Positions 1 to 11,094 are shown, counted from the first letter of the stretch. The stretch is DNA of 64,000 nt from Promethearchaeota archaeon (GCA_016839585.1 JAEOTZ010000018.1:1-64000); one strand, 5' to 3'. A program made the numbers and translations. The notes: generated from the letters alone by a model not told the origin.

Positions 1-533
1 GCAATTTTTGCTTGATTCACACTTTTAGCAATAGGACCTCCTTCCAGTAAGAAATACGGATTATTAAAAGAACTTATATTATATTGATTTAGGAAAAAAT
101 TCTGGAAATATCCAACTTCAGAAGAAGAAAATAACGCTTCTTGAATTACAATACCTCTTTTAAAATTCTTACTTCTTCTTAAATAAGTATTATTATAGGA
201 TTGTAAGGAACTTAAAAATGAGTCTGGATCTGCTCCCTTAATAACATTATCAGGTCTTGGAGGTGTCTGCGAGAATTGCCCTACGCTTAATTTTTCCTGT
301 TTGTTAAGTAAATAACTACATACACACGCTCTCGTTTCATTTAAAGGAATTAAACGAACTGGCCAAAAACAAGTAGCTATTTTTGATATTTTTCCCATTT
401 TTTTGAGAGTTTTACTATATATTCCAATGCATTCATTTAAAGCTAATGCTAATTCATTTAATAGCGTGGCTTGGGAGCGAGCGGGGATTACTTCGCCCAT
501 ATTAATTAAATAAGGTATAACTTTTTGGACCAT
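1..533 (-). CDS. Hypothetical protein (partial; runs off window start)
   Basis: ATG at 533-531, open frame MVQKVIPYLINMGEV...KSVNQAKI with no stop to position 1; absent from ORF track because truncated. Confidence 0.75.
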   Translation of the reverse strand, partial: MVQKVIPYLINMGEVIPARSQATLLNELALALNECIGIYSKTLKKMGKISKIATCFWPVRLIPLNETRACVCSYLLNKQEKLSVGQFSQTPPRPDNVIKGADPDSFLSSLQSYNNTYLRRSKNFKRGIVIQEALFSSSEVGYFQNFFLNQYNISSFNNPYFLLEGGPIAKSVNQAKI

Positions 534-700
534 ATTTGATTCACTTTAATTTCTATAATATTTTTTAATACCAATTAAATAATTAAATTTTTGGTTTTAA
601 GTTGTTTTCATCATTTTGATATTATTTTTTTCAATTAAAAGCTATAAATATCTTACTATCAAATTAATTATAATAAGTATGTAAAATCAACGTTGAATTA

Positions 701-1516
701 TTGATGGTTGAGAAATTTCTTGAGGGAAGAGGAGCTCTAATTACAGGTGGAGCTTCTGGTTTTGGAAGAGATGTAGGATTTGCATTTGCAGAAAGGGGTG
801 CGGATTTAGTCCTAGTTGATATCAATGAAGAACTCTTAGAAGAAACAAGTAAGAAAATTGCACAAAGAACTGGACAAATAGTGATACCGATTATATGTGA
901 TGTTTCAGATTCTAAATGTATAAAGAAAATGGGAGAACAAGCATTTAAAGAACTTGATAATATATATGTTTTATTTAACAATGCCGGAATAGCGACTGGA
1001 TATGGAGTTGATATTTTACACGTTGGAGAACAAGCATGGGACAAAACCATGAATATTAATCTTAAGGGTCAATGGTTAGTAGATAAATTTTTATGTCGAA
1101 AAATGAATAGGCAAAAATTTGAACCATTGAGAGGGAAAGTTATTCATAATTCTTCCCACTATGGATTTTGTCTTAGTCCATTTGTACCTGTATATAGTAT
1201 AAGCAAAGCCGGTATAATAGCTCTTAATAAACTTATAGCAAAAACACTAGCTCCACATATGACTTCAAATGCAATTGCACCCGGTTATCATACTACAGGA
1301 TTTTATGGGAATAGAGAAGATATTACGCTACAAGTTGTCAGTGATTCAAATGAGAAAACTCCATTAAACAGAATAGGAACTATTGAAGATGTTGTAGATG
1401 TAGTATTATTCTTAGCATCAAGTAAAAGTGACTTCATTACTGGTCATTGTTTCACAATTGATGGAGGAATAACTGAGGTGGGTGTTCACGCTCATAAATT
1501 AGATGAAAATTTATAG
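701..1516 (+). CDS. SDR-family oxidoreductase (FabG-like); likely ATG start 704
   Basis: TGGASGFG, NNAG, YSISK (YxxxK), NAIAPG motifs. Confidence 0.92.
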   Translation: MMVEKFLEGRGALITGGASGFGRDVGFAFAERGADLVLVDINEELLEETSKKIAQRTGQIVIPIICDVSDSKCIKKMGEQAFKELDNIYVLFNNAGIATGYGVDILHVGEQAWDKTMNINLKGQWLVDKFLCRKMNRQKFEPLRGKVIHNSSHYGFCLSPFVPVYSISKAGIIALNKLIAKTLAPHMTSNAIAPGYHTTGFYGNREDITLQVVSDSNEKTPLNRIGTIEDVVDVVLFLASSKSDFITGHCFTIDGGITEVGVHAHKLDENL

Positions 1517-1543
1517 ATTAATGAAAAAAAGGAGGGAACTATT

Positions 1544-2353
1544 ATGGTTGAAAAATTTTTAGAAGGGAAAGGAGCTCTTATAACCGGTGGAGCTTCTGGA
1601 TTTGGAAGAGGATTTGCTTTTGCTTATGCGCAAAGAGGAGCGAATTTGGTGTTAGTTGATATTAATGAAGAATTATTAGAAGAAACTTCTAAAAAAGTAA
1701 GGGAACAGACTGGTCAAAAAGTAATACCTATTGTATGTGACGTAACAAAATCAGATCAAGTAGAAACTACGGCAAAACAAGCATTTTCTGAATTAGATAA
1801 TGTATATATATTAAATAATAATGCTGGTGGAGGATTTGGTTTTTTTGATTTAACAAGAGTTAAAGAAAATATTTTTGACAAAACTATAGCCCTTAATCTA
1901 AAGGGACAATGGTTAATAGCAAAAGAAATAGGTAAAAGAATGAAGAAGCAAAGATTTGAACCGCTGGCAGGAAAAGTTATTCACACAGCTTCAATAGCAG
2001 GTGTAAAAGTAGATGGCGGAACTCCAGTATATTCTATATGTAAAGCGGGTGTAATTGCCATGATGCAATTACTTGCTCAAAGCCTAGCCCCAAAAATAAC
2101 TGTTAATGCTATTTCACCTGGATACCATTTGACAGGAGCATATAAAAACAATTTAGATGTAATGAAAATGACAATGGATGAAGGACATGTAAAAACTCCA
2201 TTAAACAGATATGGAACTGTAGAAGACGTCGTAAATGTTTCAGTTTTCCTAGCATCATCTGCTTCTAATTTTATCACTGGACACAATTTTATTGTTGATG
2301 GAGGAATAGTCGAGGTAGGAGTTCCAGCGTATTTCTTTAAATCGGATGTTTAA
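1544..2353 (+). CDS. SDR-family oxidoreductase, tandem paralog of 701..1516
   Basis: TGGASGFG, NNAG, YSICK; near-identical N-terminus to upstream gene; GGAGG SD. Confidence 0.92.
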   Translation: MVEKFLEGKGALITGGASGFGRGFAFAYAQRGANLVLVDINEELLEETSKKVREQTGQKVIPIVCDVTKSDQVETTAKQAFSELDNVYILNNNAGGGFGFFDLTRVKENIFDKTIALNLKGQWLIAKEIGKRMKKQRFEPLAGKVIHTASIAGVKVDGGTPVYSICKAGVIAMMQLLAQSLAPKITVNAISPGYHLTGAYKNNLDVMKMTMDEGHVKTPLNRYGTVEDVVNVSVFLASSASNFITGHNFIVDGGIVEVGVPAYFFKSDV

Positions 2354-2444
2354 GGAATTTATAAAAAATTAAAGATTTATTAGTCATTTGAAATAAATAT
2401 ATTCATAAATCTAAAGAATTAAGAATAAAAAACTATGAATTGAG

Positions 2445-2846
2445 ATGAATTTAATAAACATAATCATAGTAATCTTCCAAATTATTTTTATAGTTGGCCT
2501 TGTTGCATTTTGGATTTATTTTTTCTTGGTAGAAAATAAGAATCCAGAAAGAACAGAAGTATATCGTGTATTTGAAAAGTCTTTTGTTATAGCAGATTTA
2601 GGTTTTGCTCTACCTTGCTCAATTTTAGCTGTCTATGGGATTCTTACTGAACAAAAATTGGGATTCTTTTTTTCTGTTGTATTAGGTAGTGCGATAATAT
2701 TTCTATTTCTGATGGATTTTTGTTATAATTTACAACAAGGAACTTACAAAAAAAGAGATTTAGATACGATATTAGAAATAGTACTAAATATTTATTGTGC
2801 AATATTTGGTCCACTTTTCATATTATTTGGTTGGTTCAACTTATAG
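2445..2846 (+). CDS. Small 4-TM membrane protein, unknown function
   Basis: Four hydrophobic segments. Confidence 0.7.
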   Translation: MNLINIIIVIFQIIFIVGLVAFWIYFFLVENKNPERTEVYRVFEKSFVIADLGFALPCSILAVYGILTEQKLGFFFSVVLGSAIIFLFLMDFCYNLQQGTYKKRDLDTILEIVLNIYCAIFGPLFILFGWFNL

Positions 2847-2979
2847 ACATGAAAAACCTTTATCTCTAATTTCTTTAAACCTAAATTTTTTTTCCAAAAA
2901 GGTAAACTTATTAAAAAGAATATCAAAATTAGTATCAATGATTTCATTATTAAATGAATATAATTTGGAGGTTAAATAA

Positions 2980-4776
2980 ATGGTTAAAGTTAATGGAGCT
3001 CAATTAATAATTAGGGCTTTAGATAATCAAGGAGTTAATGTAATATTTACTCTTTGTGGAGATAATGATTTGATCTATAACTATTGTACAGATAAATCAT
3101 GTACAGAGTTAGGTATAGATATTATTGATTTTCGGCATGAACAAGCCACTGGGCATGCTGCGATTGGATATTATCTAGCCACAGGTGAAGTAGGAGTATG
3201 CTCAGTCCAATCCGGTCCTGGTATTACGGATTTATATCCAGCCATTCCTATAGCATGGGATGCTAGTATTCCACTGGTTGCTATATGTGCATCAACACCT
3301 ATGATGGAATTTGAAAAATTGGCTATGAATGAAATTGATGTTGTACCTTCATTTAGACCAGTAACCAAATGGAGTGGTTATTGTTATGAAACAGCGAGAT
3401 TACCGGAATATATCAACATGGTATTCAGGGTCGCTTCTACAGGTCGTCCTGGACCTGTTCTTTTATTAGTCCCTTTTGATATTTTAGTTAGTGAATGTGA
3501 TGATGAATTAGATATTGTGCAACGAGCATTTCGCCCTGTTGAAACACTAAGAGCATTTTATGGCCCATATGGGAACGAAAAATTAGTAGCTGAAGCTATA
3601 GAATTATTGTTGAACGCTAAACATCCTTTAATAATAGCGGGTACAGGTGTAAGTTTCTCAGATGGTTCTTCAGAACTCATAGAGTTTGCCGAATTCACAA
3701 AAATTCCTGTAGGAACATGGGGATTTGGTAATGGTTCTATACCAGCAGATCATCCTCTGAATTTTGGATTAGCAAGTCCTTTAGATGGGCCTGGGACAGC
3801 ATTACTTCAAAAAGTTGATGTTGCTTTAATTCTTGGTTCTAGAATTTCCGCAATGTATAATTTTGGTTATATGCCTTGTTTTTCAGATGATGCAAAATTA
3901 ATTCAAGTAGATATTGAAGCAGAAGAAATCGGGAGAAATCGAGGAATTGATATCCCTATAATTGGAGATTGTAAAGGAGTTCTTTCACAGATGATTCAAA
4001 TTGCTAAAAAGAAATTAAATAATAAACCAAGATCGGAAATTCCCTGGATTAAAACTGTTAAAGAACAATTAAACAAATTTTATGAACGAGTCGATAAAGA
4101 AGGTGCTTCTGATAAAATTCCTATTCAACCTCAGCGATTAGTTAAAGAGATAGGTGATTATATGCCAAAAGATAGCATTATAATTTTAGATGGAGGAGAC
4201 ACAACAGTCTGGGGTTTGACAATCTTGAGGTCATATTACCCTAAATCTGTATACTTCTCTGGTGGTATGGGAATTCAGCATTTAGGTGGAGGTGTACCTA
4301 TAGCAATAGCAACGAAATATGCCTATCCTGAGAAGAAAGTTCTTGTTTTAACTGGTGATGGTTCATTCTTATTCAATGGGAAAGAAATAGACACTGCTCG
4401 TAGGCATAATTTTCCCTTTGTAGTTGTCATAAGTAATGATAGACTTTGGGGGATGGTTGCAAGAAGCCAAAAGATTGCCCATGGCAAGAAGTTCTTCGGT
4501 CTGGGTTCTTCATTAAGCGATGAGACTCGTTATGATAAATATGCTGAAGCATTTAATTGTTATGGAGAATTGGTAACAGATCCAAATGAAATAAGCCCAG
4601 CATTGGAACGTGCTTTTGATTCAAACCTACCTGCTGTAATTGATGTAAGGATTAATCCTAAAGTAAATACAGTCATGGATTATCTTGCTCGTGAAGCTTA
4701 CAATCCAGATAGCTGGAAAAGAAAGGTGAAAAAGAAAGCTGAGATTGTTCTTGAAGTACCAGTGACTAAAAGTTAA
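2980..4776 (+). CDS. Thiamine-pyrophosphate-dependent enzyme (acetolactate synthase/2-hydroxyacyl-CoA lyase superfamily)
   Basis: RHEQ, SGPG, GRPGPV, GDGSF...ND TPP motif; GGAGG SD. Confidence 0.9.
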   Translation: MVKVNGAQLIIRALDNQGVNVIFTLCGDNDLIYNYCTDKSCTELGIDIIDFRHEQATGHAAIGYYLATGEVGVCSVQSGPGITDLYPAIPIAWDASIPLVAICASTPMMEFEKLAMNEIDVVPSFRPVTKWSGYCYETARLPEYINMVFRVASTGRPGPVLLLVPFDILVSECDDELDIVQRAFRPVETLRAFYGPYGNEKLVAEAIELLLNAKHPLIIAGTGVSFSDGSSELIEFAEFTKIPVGTWGFGNGSIPADHPLNFGLASPLDGPGTALLQKVDVALILGSRISAMYNFGYMPCFSDDAKLIQVDIEAEEIGRNRGIDIPIIGDCKGVLSQMIQIAKKKLNNKPRSEIPWIKTVKEQLNKFYERVDKEGASDKIPIQPQRLVKEIGDYMPKDSIIILDGGDTTVWGLTILRSYYPKSVYFSGGMGIQHLGGGVPIAIATKYAYPEKKVLVLTGDGSFLFNGKEIDTARRHNFPFVVVISNDRLWGMVARSQKIAHGKKFFGLGSSLSDETRYDKYAEAFNCYGELVTDPNEISPALERAFDSNLPAVIDVRINPKVNTVMDYLAREAYNPDSWKRKVKKKAEIVLEVPVTKS

Positions 4777-4818
4777 TCAAATTAAACTACAATAAGCTAG
4801 TAAAGTAAGATGAATTGA

Positions 4819-5832
4819 ATGAAAGCGGCCAAATACGAAGGGAAAAGAAAAATCACAATTGTAGATATACCTAAACCAATTCCTAAAAATGACGAGGTAT
4901 TAGTTCAAGTTAAGTATGCAGGCATCTGTGGCTCAGATTTAGAAGCATATAAAACAGGATTATATCCATCTAATATCATTATGGGTCATGAAATTATTGG
5001 TTATGTAGCTGAGAAAGGCTCTGATGTAAAGAAATGGAAAGAAGGAGATCGCGTAGCAGTATTTCCAGGTTTAATTTGTGGTAAGTGTCATTTTTGTAGG
5101 ATAGGTCAGGATAATCTATGTGTCCTTGAAGGATCTTTAGGTTTTGGACAAAATGGTGGTTTTTCGGAATATATTCATGTAAAAGAAGATAGTCTTTTTC
5201 CAATTTCAGATACTATTCCGGATAAACATGGGACGGTTTTTGACCAAATTGCTACTGTTTTATTAGCGTTAAGAGTATCTGATTTTATCCCTGAATGCTA
5301 TTCAGTTATATTGGGATGTGGTACAATGGGTCAATTTTTTCTTCAATATTTAAAAATTGCAGGAGCGAAAACTATTGTTGTTGTTGAGAAAAATCCTAAT
5401 AGATTAAATGTGGCTAATATGTTTAATCCTGATTTAGCACTAACTAAAGTAGTTTTGGTAAAGATAAGAAGATTTGCTAAGCGAGAATTTGGAGGCGCGG
5501 ATTTTGTTTTTGAATGCACTGGTTTTCCAACTTTAGTGAACGATGCCATTAATATTGCACGAAAAGGTGGAACTGTTGTACAAATTGGTATTTGGGACAA
5601 ACCACTCGAAATAAATTTACTTAAATATGTTATGAATCAAATTCGAATCCAACCAGTTTGGAGTTATACAAAAGAAGATTTCAAAAATGCAATAGATTTA
5701 GTTGTTAAAAAAATGATTGATCCCGAACCAATCGTCACTAAAATAATTTCTTTAGATGATATCGTTGAAGAAGGATTTGAATGCGCAATAGATCCTGAGA
5801 CAACTGATATCAAAATCCTTGTAGAACCTTAA
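4819..5832 (+). CDS. Zn-dependent medium-chain alcohol dehydrogenase
   Basis: GICGSD, GHE, CGKCHFCRIGQDNLC structural Zn, GCGTMG. Confidence 0.92.
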   Translation: MKAAKYEGKRKITIVDIPKPIPKNDEVLVQVKYAGICGSDLEAYKTGLYPSNIIMGHEIIGYVAEKGSDVKKWKEGDRVAVFPGLICGKCHFCRIGQDNLCVLEGSLGFGQNGGFSEYIHVKEDSLFPISDTIPDKHGTVFDQIATVLLALRVSDFIPECYSVILGCGTMGQFFLQYLKIAGAKTIVVVEKNPNRLNVANMFNPDLALTKVVLVKIRRFAKREFGGADFVFECTGFPTLVNDAINIARKGGTVVQIGIWDKPLEINLLKYVMNQIRIQPVWSYTKEDFKNAIDLVVKKMIDPEPIVTKIISLDDIVEEGFECAIDPETTDIKILVEP

Positions 5833-5866
5833 ATATAAAACCAATATTTAGATATATAATATTAAT

Positions 5867-6973
5867 ATGAAAAAAATAGGACTTATTGTAAATCCAATTG
5901 CTGGCATGGGTGGCAGTGTTGGATTAAAAGGAACAGACGGCAATGTCTACAAAAAAGCAATGAAAATGGGAGCTATACCAGTTATACCTATTAGGGTAAA
6001 TCAATTATTATCTAACATAAAAAATAAAAAAGATATCTTATTTTTTGTCGCACCTGAAAAAATGGGGGAAAATTACGTCAAAACTAGGGTATTTAAATAT
6101 GAAGTTATTGGAAATATTGGTGAAGATACCTCAGCAGAAGATACAAAACGAATTGCTAAGCTTATGATCGAAAGAGAAATCGATCTACTTGTTTTTTGTG
6201 GAGGTGACGGAACTGCAAGAGATATTTTTGATGCAATTGGATTAGAAAAACCTGTAGTTGCCATTCCTTCGGGAGTAAAAATGTTTAGCTCTGTTTTTGC
6301 CCTTAATCCGATTGCTGCTGCTGAAATAATTGATAAATTTTTGAAAGAACCCTTAGAAACATTAGATCAAGAAATTTTAGATATTAATGAAGAATCTTTT
6401 CGAAAAGGTGTTTTAGATTCAAGATTATATGGATATTTAAAAGTACCCAAAGTTCAAAATCTAATTCAACCTGGAAAAGATAGCTCAAAAGTAGGAATAA
6501 CATCTGAAGAAAACAAGTTTGAAATTGCTCAACACATAATTAAAGATATGGAAAATGATACACTTTATTTATTGGGACCAGGAACGACAGTTAGAGCAAT
6601 TAGCGACCAGTTAAAAATATCAAAAACTCTATTAGGAATTGATGCTATTTATAATAATGAATTAGTTGGAAGAGATTTAAATGAACGAGGAATTTTGGAG
6701 CTTTTAAATAAATTCAAAAAAGCAGAAATTATATTAACGCCAATTGGGGGGCAAGGTTTTATATTAGGAAGAGGAAATAAACAATTTACTCCAAAAATTC
6801 TTAAAATCATTGGAAAAAAGAACATAAGGATAATTGCTACGGAAGAGAAAATGAAAGGATTAAAATGCTTAAGGGTGGATACCGGTGATATTGAAATTGA
6901 CAATAATTTTAAGGGTTTTATCAAAGTAATTATTGGATACAAACAAGAATTAGTAATGGAAATTAAAGCTTAA
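5867..6973 (+). CDS. ATP-NAD kinase/AcoX family protein
   Basis: NPIAGMGGSVGLKGTD, GGDGTARD, GGQGFILGRGN. Confidence 0.88.
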   Translation: MKKIGLIVNPIAGMGGSVGLKGTDGNVYKKAMKMGAIPVIPIRVNQLLSNIKNKKDILFFVAPEKMGENYVKTRVFKYEVIGNIGEDTSAEDTKRIAKLMIEREIDLLVFCGGDGTARDIFDAIGLEKPVVAIPSGVKMFSSVFALNPIAAAEIIDKFLKEPLETLDQEILDINEESFRKGVLDSRLYGYLKVPKVQNLIQPGKDSSKVGITSEENKFEIAQHIIKDMENDTLYLLGPGTTVRAISDQLKISKTLLGIDAIYNNELVGRDLNERGILELLNKFKKAEIILTPIGGQGFILGRGNKQFTPKILKIIGKKNIRIIATEEKMKGLKCLRVDTGDIEIDNNFKGFIKVIIGYKQELVMEIKA

Positions 6974-6991
6974 AAAATCAAGGTTTAAGAA

Positions 6992-7960
6992 ATGCTTATT
7001 AGGTTAGATAGAAATGAAATGCCCAGATCTCCTCCAAAGGAGATAATTGAAGTTGTGAAACTAAGTCTAAATAAAATACATCGATATACGCCTCAGTATG
7101 AAGTAGATATATTAGTAAATTTACTTTCAGACTATACTAAAGCTCCACAGGATTCAATTATTTTGAGTTCAGGTTCAGATATATTAATTAAAGAATTTAT
7201 TTACCTGTTTTCACGAGGAAGACAAATTGTTATAGCAGATCCTACTTTTATTTTAATTTCAAACACCGCTCCAAAAACATCTTCTCCAATTTTAAAGGTT
7301 AGATTAAAAGAACCAGAATTTAAATTTTATTTAGAGTCAATAATTGATGAGATTAAAAAACCAACATTAATGATATTGGATAATCCAAATAATCCGACTG
7401 GTAGTTTAATTTTAAATGAAAAGGATGTTAAAATGATATTAGAAAATGAAAAGATAATATTTCTAATTGATGAGGCTTATTTTGAATTTTCCAACATAAC
7501 TTATTCTCATATGATTAAAGACTATCCAAATTTAGCCATTGTAAGAACCTTAAGTAAATCCTTTGGTTTAGCTGGCTCAGGAATCGGATATATAATTGCT
7601 GGAGAAATCATACAACAAAAATTTTTAGGGCTTAATATAATGCTTCCTTATCCAAGTGTAATTGCTGGAATAAATGCTTTAAAAAATCAGGATTATATGT
7701 TAAATTATATCAATGAAGTTGCCCAAGAAAAGTACAGAATAACAAAATATGTTTCAAAACTAGGGATAATTGCTTTTCCAAGTTCTACAAATTTCCTATT
7801 AATGAAAACTAATATCTATAATATTGGAAAAAAACTCGAGGAACAAGGTGTTTTTGTTTTAGATTTATCTAGTCAGATAGGACCAGGTTATATTAGAGTT
7901 TCAATAGGAACTAAAGCGGAAAATGATTATTTTTTAAAGACTATGGAACGAATAAAATAA
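6992..7960 (+). CDS. Class I/II PLP aminotransferase, histidinol-phosphate aminotransferase-like
   Basis: NPNNPTG, DEAY, RTLSKSFGLAG. Confidence 0.85.
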   Translation: MLIRLDRNEMPRSPPKEIIEVVKLSLNKIHRYTPQYEVDILVNLLSDYTKAPQDSIILSSGSDILIKEFIYLFSRGRQIVIADPTFILISNTAPKTSSPILKVRLKEPEFKFYLESIIDEIKKPTLMILDNPNNPTGSLILNEKDVKMILENEKIIFLIDEAYFEFSNITYSHMIKDYPNLAIVRTLSKSFGLAGSGIGYIIAGEIIQQKFLGLNIMLPYPSVIAGINALKNQDYMLNYINEVAQEKYRITKYVSKLGIIAFPSSTNFLLMKTNIYNIGKKLEEQGVFVLDLSSQIGPGYIRVSIGTKAENDYFLKTMERIK

Positions 7961-7984
7961 CTAAAAAATAAAATGATTTAAAAA

Positions 7985-8815
7985 ATGTCTAATGAAATTA
8001 AGGAAATAGCCATAATTGGAGCAGGTTATATGGGAAGACAAATTGCTATTCAAGCAGCACTACATGATTATGATATCCACATTTTCGATGTAAATTCTGA
8101 AGCAATGGAGAAATTAAAAAAGTTTCAAACAGAGAAGATTAAAACAAAAGAAAAGAAAAAAGTAATCAAAAAGATAACATATCATGACAAGATTATAGGA
8201 GCAATAAAAAATGCTGATTTAATTATTGAAGCGGTACCTGAGAAACTTGAATTAAAAAAAGATATTCTTTCCCAAATAGATAAAGCAGCTCCACGACATG
8301 CGATAATAGCAACAAATAGCTCATCATTCCCTATTTCAAAATTCGAAGATGTCGTTGAACGAAAAGATAAACTGCTAAATATTCATTTTTATCATTTAAC
8401 TAAATACCCAATGGCAGATATTATGAAGGGAACTCAAACGAGTGATGAAACATTTAAAAAAGGGAAAGAATGGATTGAGAGCATTAATATTACACCGCTT
8501 ATAGTTAAAAAAGAATGCTATGGTTTTGTATTTAATAGAATATGGCATGCAATAAAAAAGGATTGTTTAAAAATCTGGGCGGGTGGAAATGCAGAAGTGG
8601 AAACCATTGATCAAGCTTGGAAGATTTTTACTGGTATGGACGAAGGACCCTTTCAGATTATGGATAATATTGGTTTAGATGTTATTTACGACATTGAAAT
8701 GTCATATTATCATAAAAGTGGTGATCCCGAAGATAAACCCCCTCAACTCCTCAAAGAGATGGTTGATAAGGGTTTTTTAGGAAGAAAATCTGGAAAAGGT
8801 TTTTATGAATATTAA
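7985..8815 (+). CDS. 3-hydroxyacyl-CoA dehydrogenase
   Basis: [32 protein letters not shown]. Confidence 0.92.
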   Translation: MSNEIKEIAIIGAGYMGRQIAIQAALHDYDIHIFDVNSEAMEKLKKFQTEKIKTKEKKKVIKKITYHDKIIGAIKNADLIIEAVPEKLELKKDILSQIDKAAPRHAIIATNSSSFPISKFEDVVERKDKLLNIHFYHLTKYPMADIMKGTQTSDETFKKGKEWIESINITPLIVKKECYGFVFNRIWHAIKKDCLKIWAGGNAEVETIDQAWKIFTGMDEGPFQIMDNIGLDVIYDIEMSYYHKSGDPEDKPPQLLKEMVDKGFLGRKSGKGFYEY

Positions 8816-8919
8816 TAATAAATACAAATTTTAAATAAAAGGAAAATTTTTTTTAGATTTATAATTAAAAACAATAAATTCCTATTCTAATTTTTGATTT
8901 ATAAATTTTATAGTCCCTC

Positions 8920-9636
8920 ATGCCCAATAAAAAAGAGAAAGTAATAACTAGAATACAAGAGCTTGAAAGCATAAATTTAGCGAGAGAAGAAGATAGAGAT
9001 CTTGTAGTACAAACGAAGAAAGAGGTTGAGAAAGATAATGAGTTATTAGCTTTGCAAATAAATCAAGAATTAAGAAAAAATAATATTAAATCTATTGATG
9101 TTGTGGGAGCTATTGGCGCGGGTAAAACTGCAATATTAGAAAAAATTGTTGAAATTATCGCTTCTAAATATAGAATCTTAGTAATATGCGGAGATATTAC
9201 TACAAGAGTTGATGCTGATAGAATACAATCTCATAATGCTGAAACGATTCAAATAAATACTGGTCGTGAATGTGCTTTAAATGCTTATCATATTTATCAA
9301 ATAATTAAAAATAAAGATCTTAAGAATTATGATCTAATATTTATAGAAAATGTAGGGAATTTAATTTGCCCTTCAGATTTCATTCTTGGAACAGATAAAA
9401 GAATTATTATTGTCTCTATAACTGAAGGAGAATGGGTTATTGAAAAACATCCCATGCTATTTAAAATGTCTCAAATTGCTGTCATAAACAAAATTGACCT
9501 TGCTAAGAGATTAGGTACAAATGTAGAAAAAATGATAGATGATGCAAAAAAAATTAATCCGAACATTGAAGTTATAACTACAAGTGCTAAAACAGGAGAA
9601 AATATAACGAAATTAATTGAAAAATTAGAATTGTAA
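8920..9636 (+). CDS. hypB: Hydrogenase nickel incorporation GTPase HypB
   Basis: GAGKT, QINTGRECAL, ENVGNLICP, NKIDL, SAKTG. Confidence 0.92.
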   Translation: MPNKKEKVITRIQELESINLAREEDRDLVVQTKKEVEKDNELLALQINQELRKNNIKSIDVVGAIGAGKTAILEKIVEIIASKYRILVICGDITTRVDADRIQSHNAETIQINTGRECALNAYHIYQIIKNKDLKNYDLIFIENVGNLICPSDFILGTDKRIIIVSITEGEWVIEKHPMLFKMSQIAVINKIDLAKRLGTNVEKMIDDAKKINPNIEVITTSAKTGENITKLIEKLEL

Positions 9637-9657
9637 TAAATTATTGACGATAAAAAA

Positions 9658-10080
9658 ATGAAAGAGAAATTAGAAGAAATCGAAGAATTAGTTAATGAAA
9701 TAGAAGTCGATATACTAAAACTCCAAAGTTTATTTTCTAATTTTTTAAAAAAACATTTAAAAGGGCTAATTATTGAAAATTATATAGGTGAATATCCCAC
9801 TTTTATGGAACCCGTAATTCTTGGAGAAAAAGTCAAAATTGGAGATGATGTACTTATAGGTCCTTATGTTTATATTGGAGATAATTCAGAAATTGGAAAT
9901 TATGCAGAGCTATCTAACACAATTATTTTTGATAACGTTAGAGTAGGAACTAATATCAAATTGGATAATTGTATTGTTACAAAGAATTGTAAACTTAATT
10001 TTAATAATTCAAATATAAAAAATTGCATATTAAAAGGAATTGCTAATTCAGAAAAAGAAGTACTAAAAATTTACTTTTAA
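9658..10080 (+). CDS. Left-handed beta-helix (hexapeptide repeat) protein resembling NDP-sugar pyrophosphorylase C-terminal domain
   Basis: PVILGEKVKIGDDVLIGPYVYIGDNSEIG hexapeptide repeats. Confidence 0.75.
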   Translation: MKEKLEEIEELVNEIEVDILKLQSLFSNFLKKHLKGLIIENYIGEYPTFMEPVILGEKVKIGDDVLIGPYVYIGDNSEIGNYAELSNTIIFDNVRVGTNIKLDNCIVTKNCKLNFNNSNIKNCILKGIANSEKEVLKIYF

Positions 10081-10104
10081 ATTTCAGCTTGATGGATTAT
10101 TAAC

Positions 10105-10260
10105 TTGAAGAATAAAAAATATTTTGAAACCAATATAAAAAGATGGAATGAACTAGTAGATATAAATCTTGAATCAGAGTGGTATGATTTCAAAGGATTT
10201 ATGGAAGGTAAAAAATCTCTACTTCCGATAGAAATTAAAGAATATTGATGTAAATTGAAA
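10105..10260 (+). pseudogene. 5' remnant of a class I SAM methyltransferase gene
   Basis: TTG..TGA 10105-10248 reads KNKKYFETNIKRWNELVDINLESEWYDFKGFMEGKKSLLPIEIKEY, resembling the N-terminus (WN..Y D..GF..G..SL.PIE..ELGDV.GK) of a methyltransferase family; DVN*K continues after a frameshift, then thyX starts. Confidence 0.5.
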
Positions 10261-10261
10261 A

Positions 10262-10891
10262 ATGATGAAAATTGAATTATTATTTATTACACCAGATGCA
10301 GAAAGGTTAATTGAATCTGCTGGACGCACATCCTATTTATCTTTCAATAAACAAGGAAAAGATTCTGATAAAAAATTTGTACGTATGCTTATTAAAAGGG
10401 GGCATCTTTCAGTAATAGAACATGCTTATGCTACGTTCAGAATTTCAGGTGTTTCAAGAGCATTAACACATCAATTAGTAAGACACAGGTTCTCATCAAT
10501 TACTCAGCAATCTCAAAGATATGTAAATGAAAATAATTTTAATTATATTGAACCAGAATCCGTTAGAAATAATCCGAAAGCTCATAGCATTTTCGTGAAT
10601 CTTATGGAAAAAATTAGAGACACTTACATCAAACTAAAAGATCAAGGTATTAAAAAGGAGGATGCTCGTTTTATACTTCCAAATGCAACTGAAAGTCAAT
10701 TAGTGTTAACCGCGAATTTGAGAGAATGGAGGCATATTATTGAATTAAGGGGAGATCCTGCCGCTCAGTGGGAAATACGAAAAATGGCATTAGAAATTTT
10801 AAAAATATTCAAGAAATATGTACCAACGATTTTTGAAGATCTTGTAATAAACGAAGAGAAATTAATTATAGAAAAAATTAACATATCTTAA
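10262..10891 (+). CDS. thyX: FAD-dependent thymidylate synthase ThyX
   Basis: GHLSVIEH, RHRFSSITQQSQRY (RHRx7S), EDARFILP, AQWEIR. Confidence 0.95.
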   Translation: MMKIELLFITPDAERLIESAGRTSYLSFNKQGKDSDKKFVRMLIKRGHLSVIEHAYATFRISGVSRALTHQLVRHRFSSITQQSQRYVNENNFNYIEPESVRNNPKAHSIFVNLMEKIRDTYIKLKDQGIKKEDARFILPNATESQLVLTANLREWRHIIELRGDPAAQWEIRKMALEILKIFKKYVPTIFEDLVINEEKLIIEKINIS

Positions 10892-11094
10892 AAATAAAAT
10901 TCTTCTAAATATTAATTTAGATTTTTTTTTAGTAATTGATTAGAATCTTCGTGAAAGCACACTTTTACGAATTTCTATATTATAGAGGTAATCTCACAAT
11001 AATCTCTATATATTATGCAATGAAGTTCATATTCTAATAAGAATTTTTAAATTATAAACCAAAGTATTAATAGATATTGAGATAGGGATATAAT

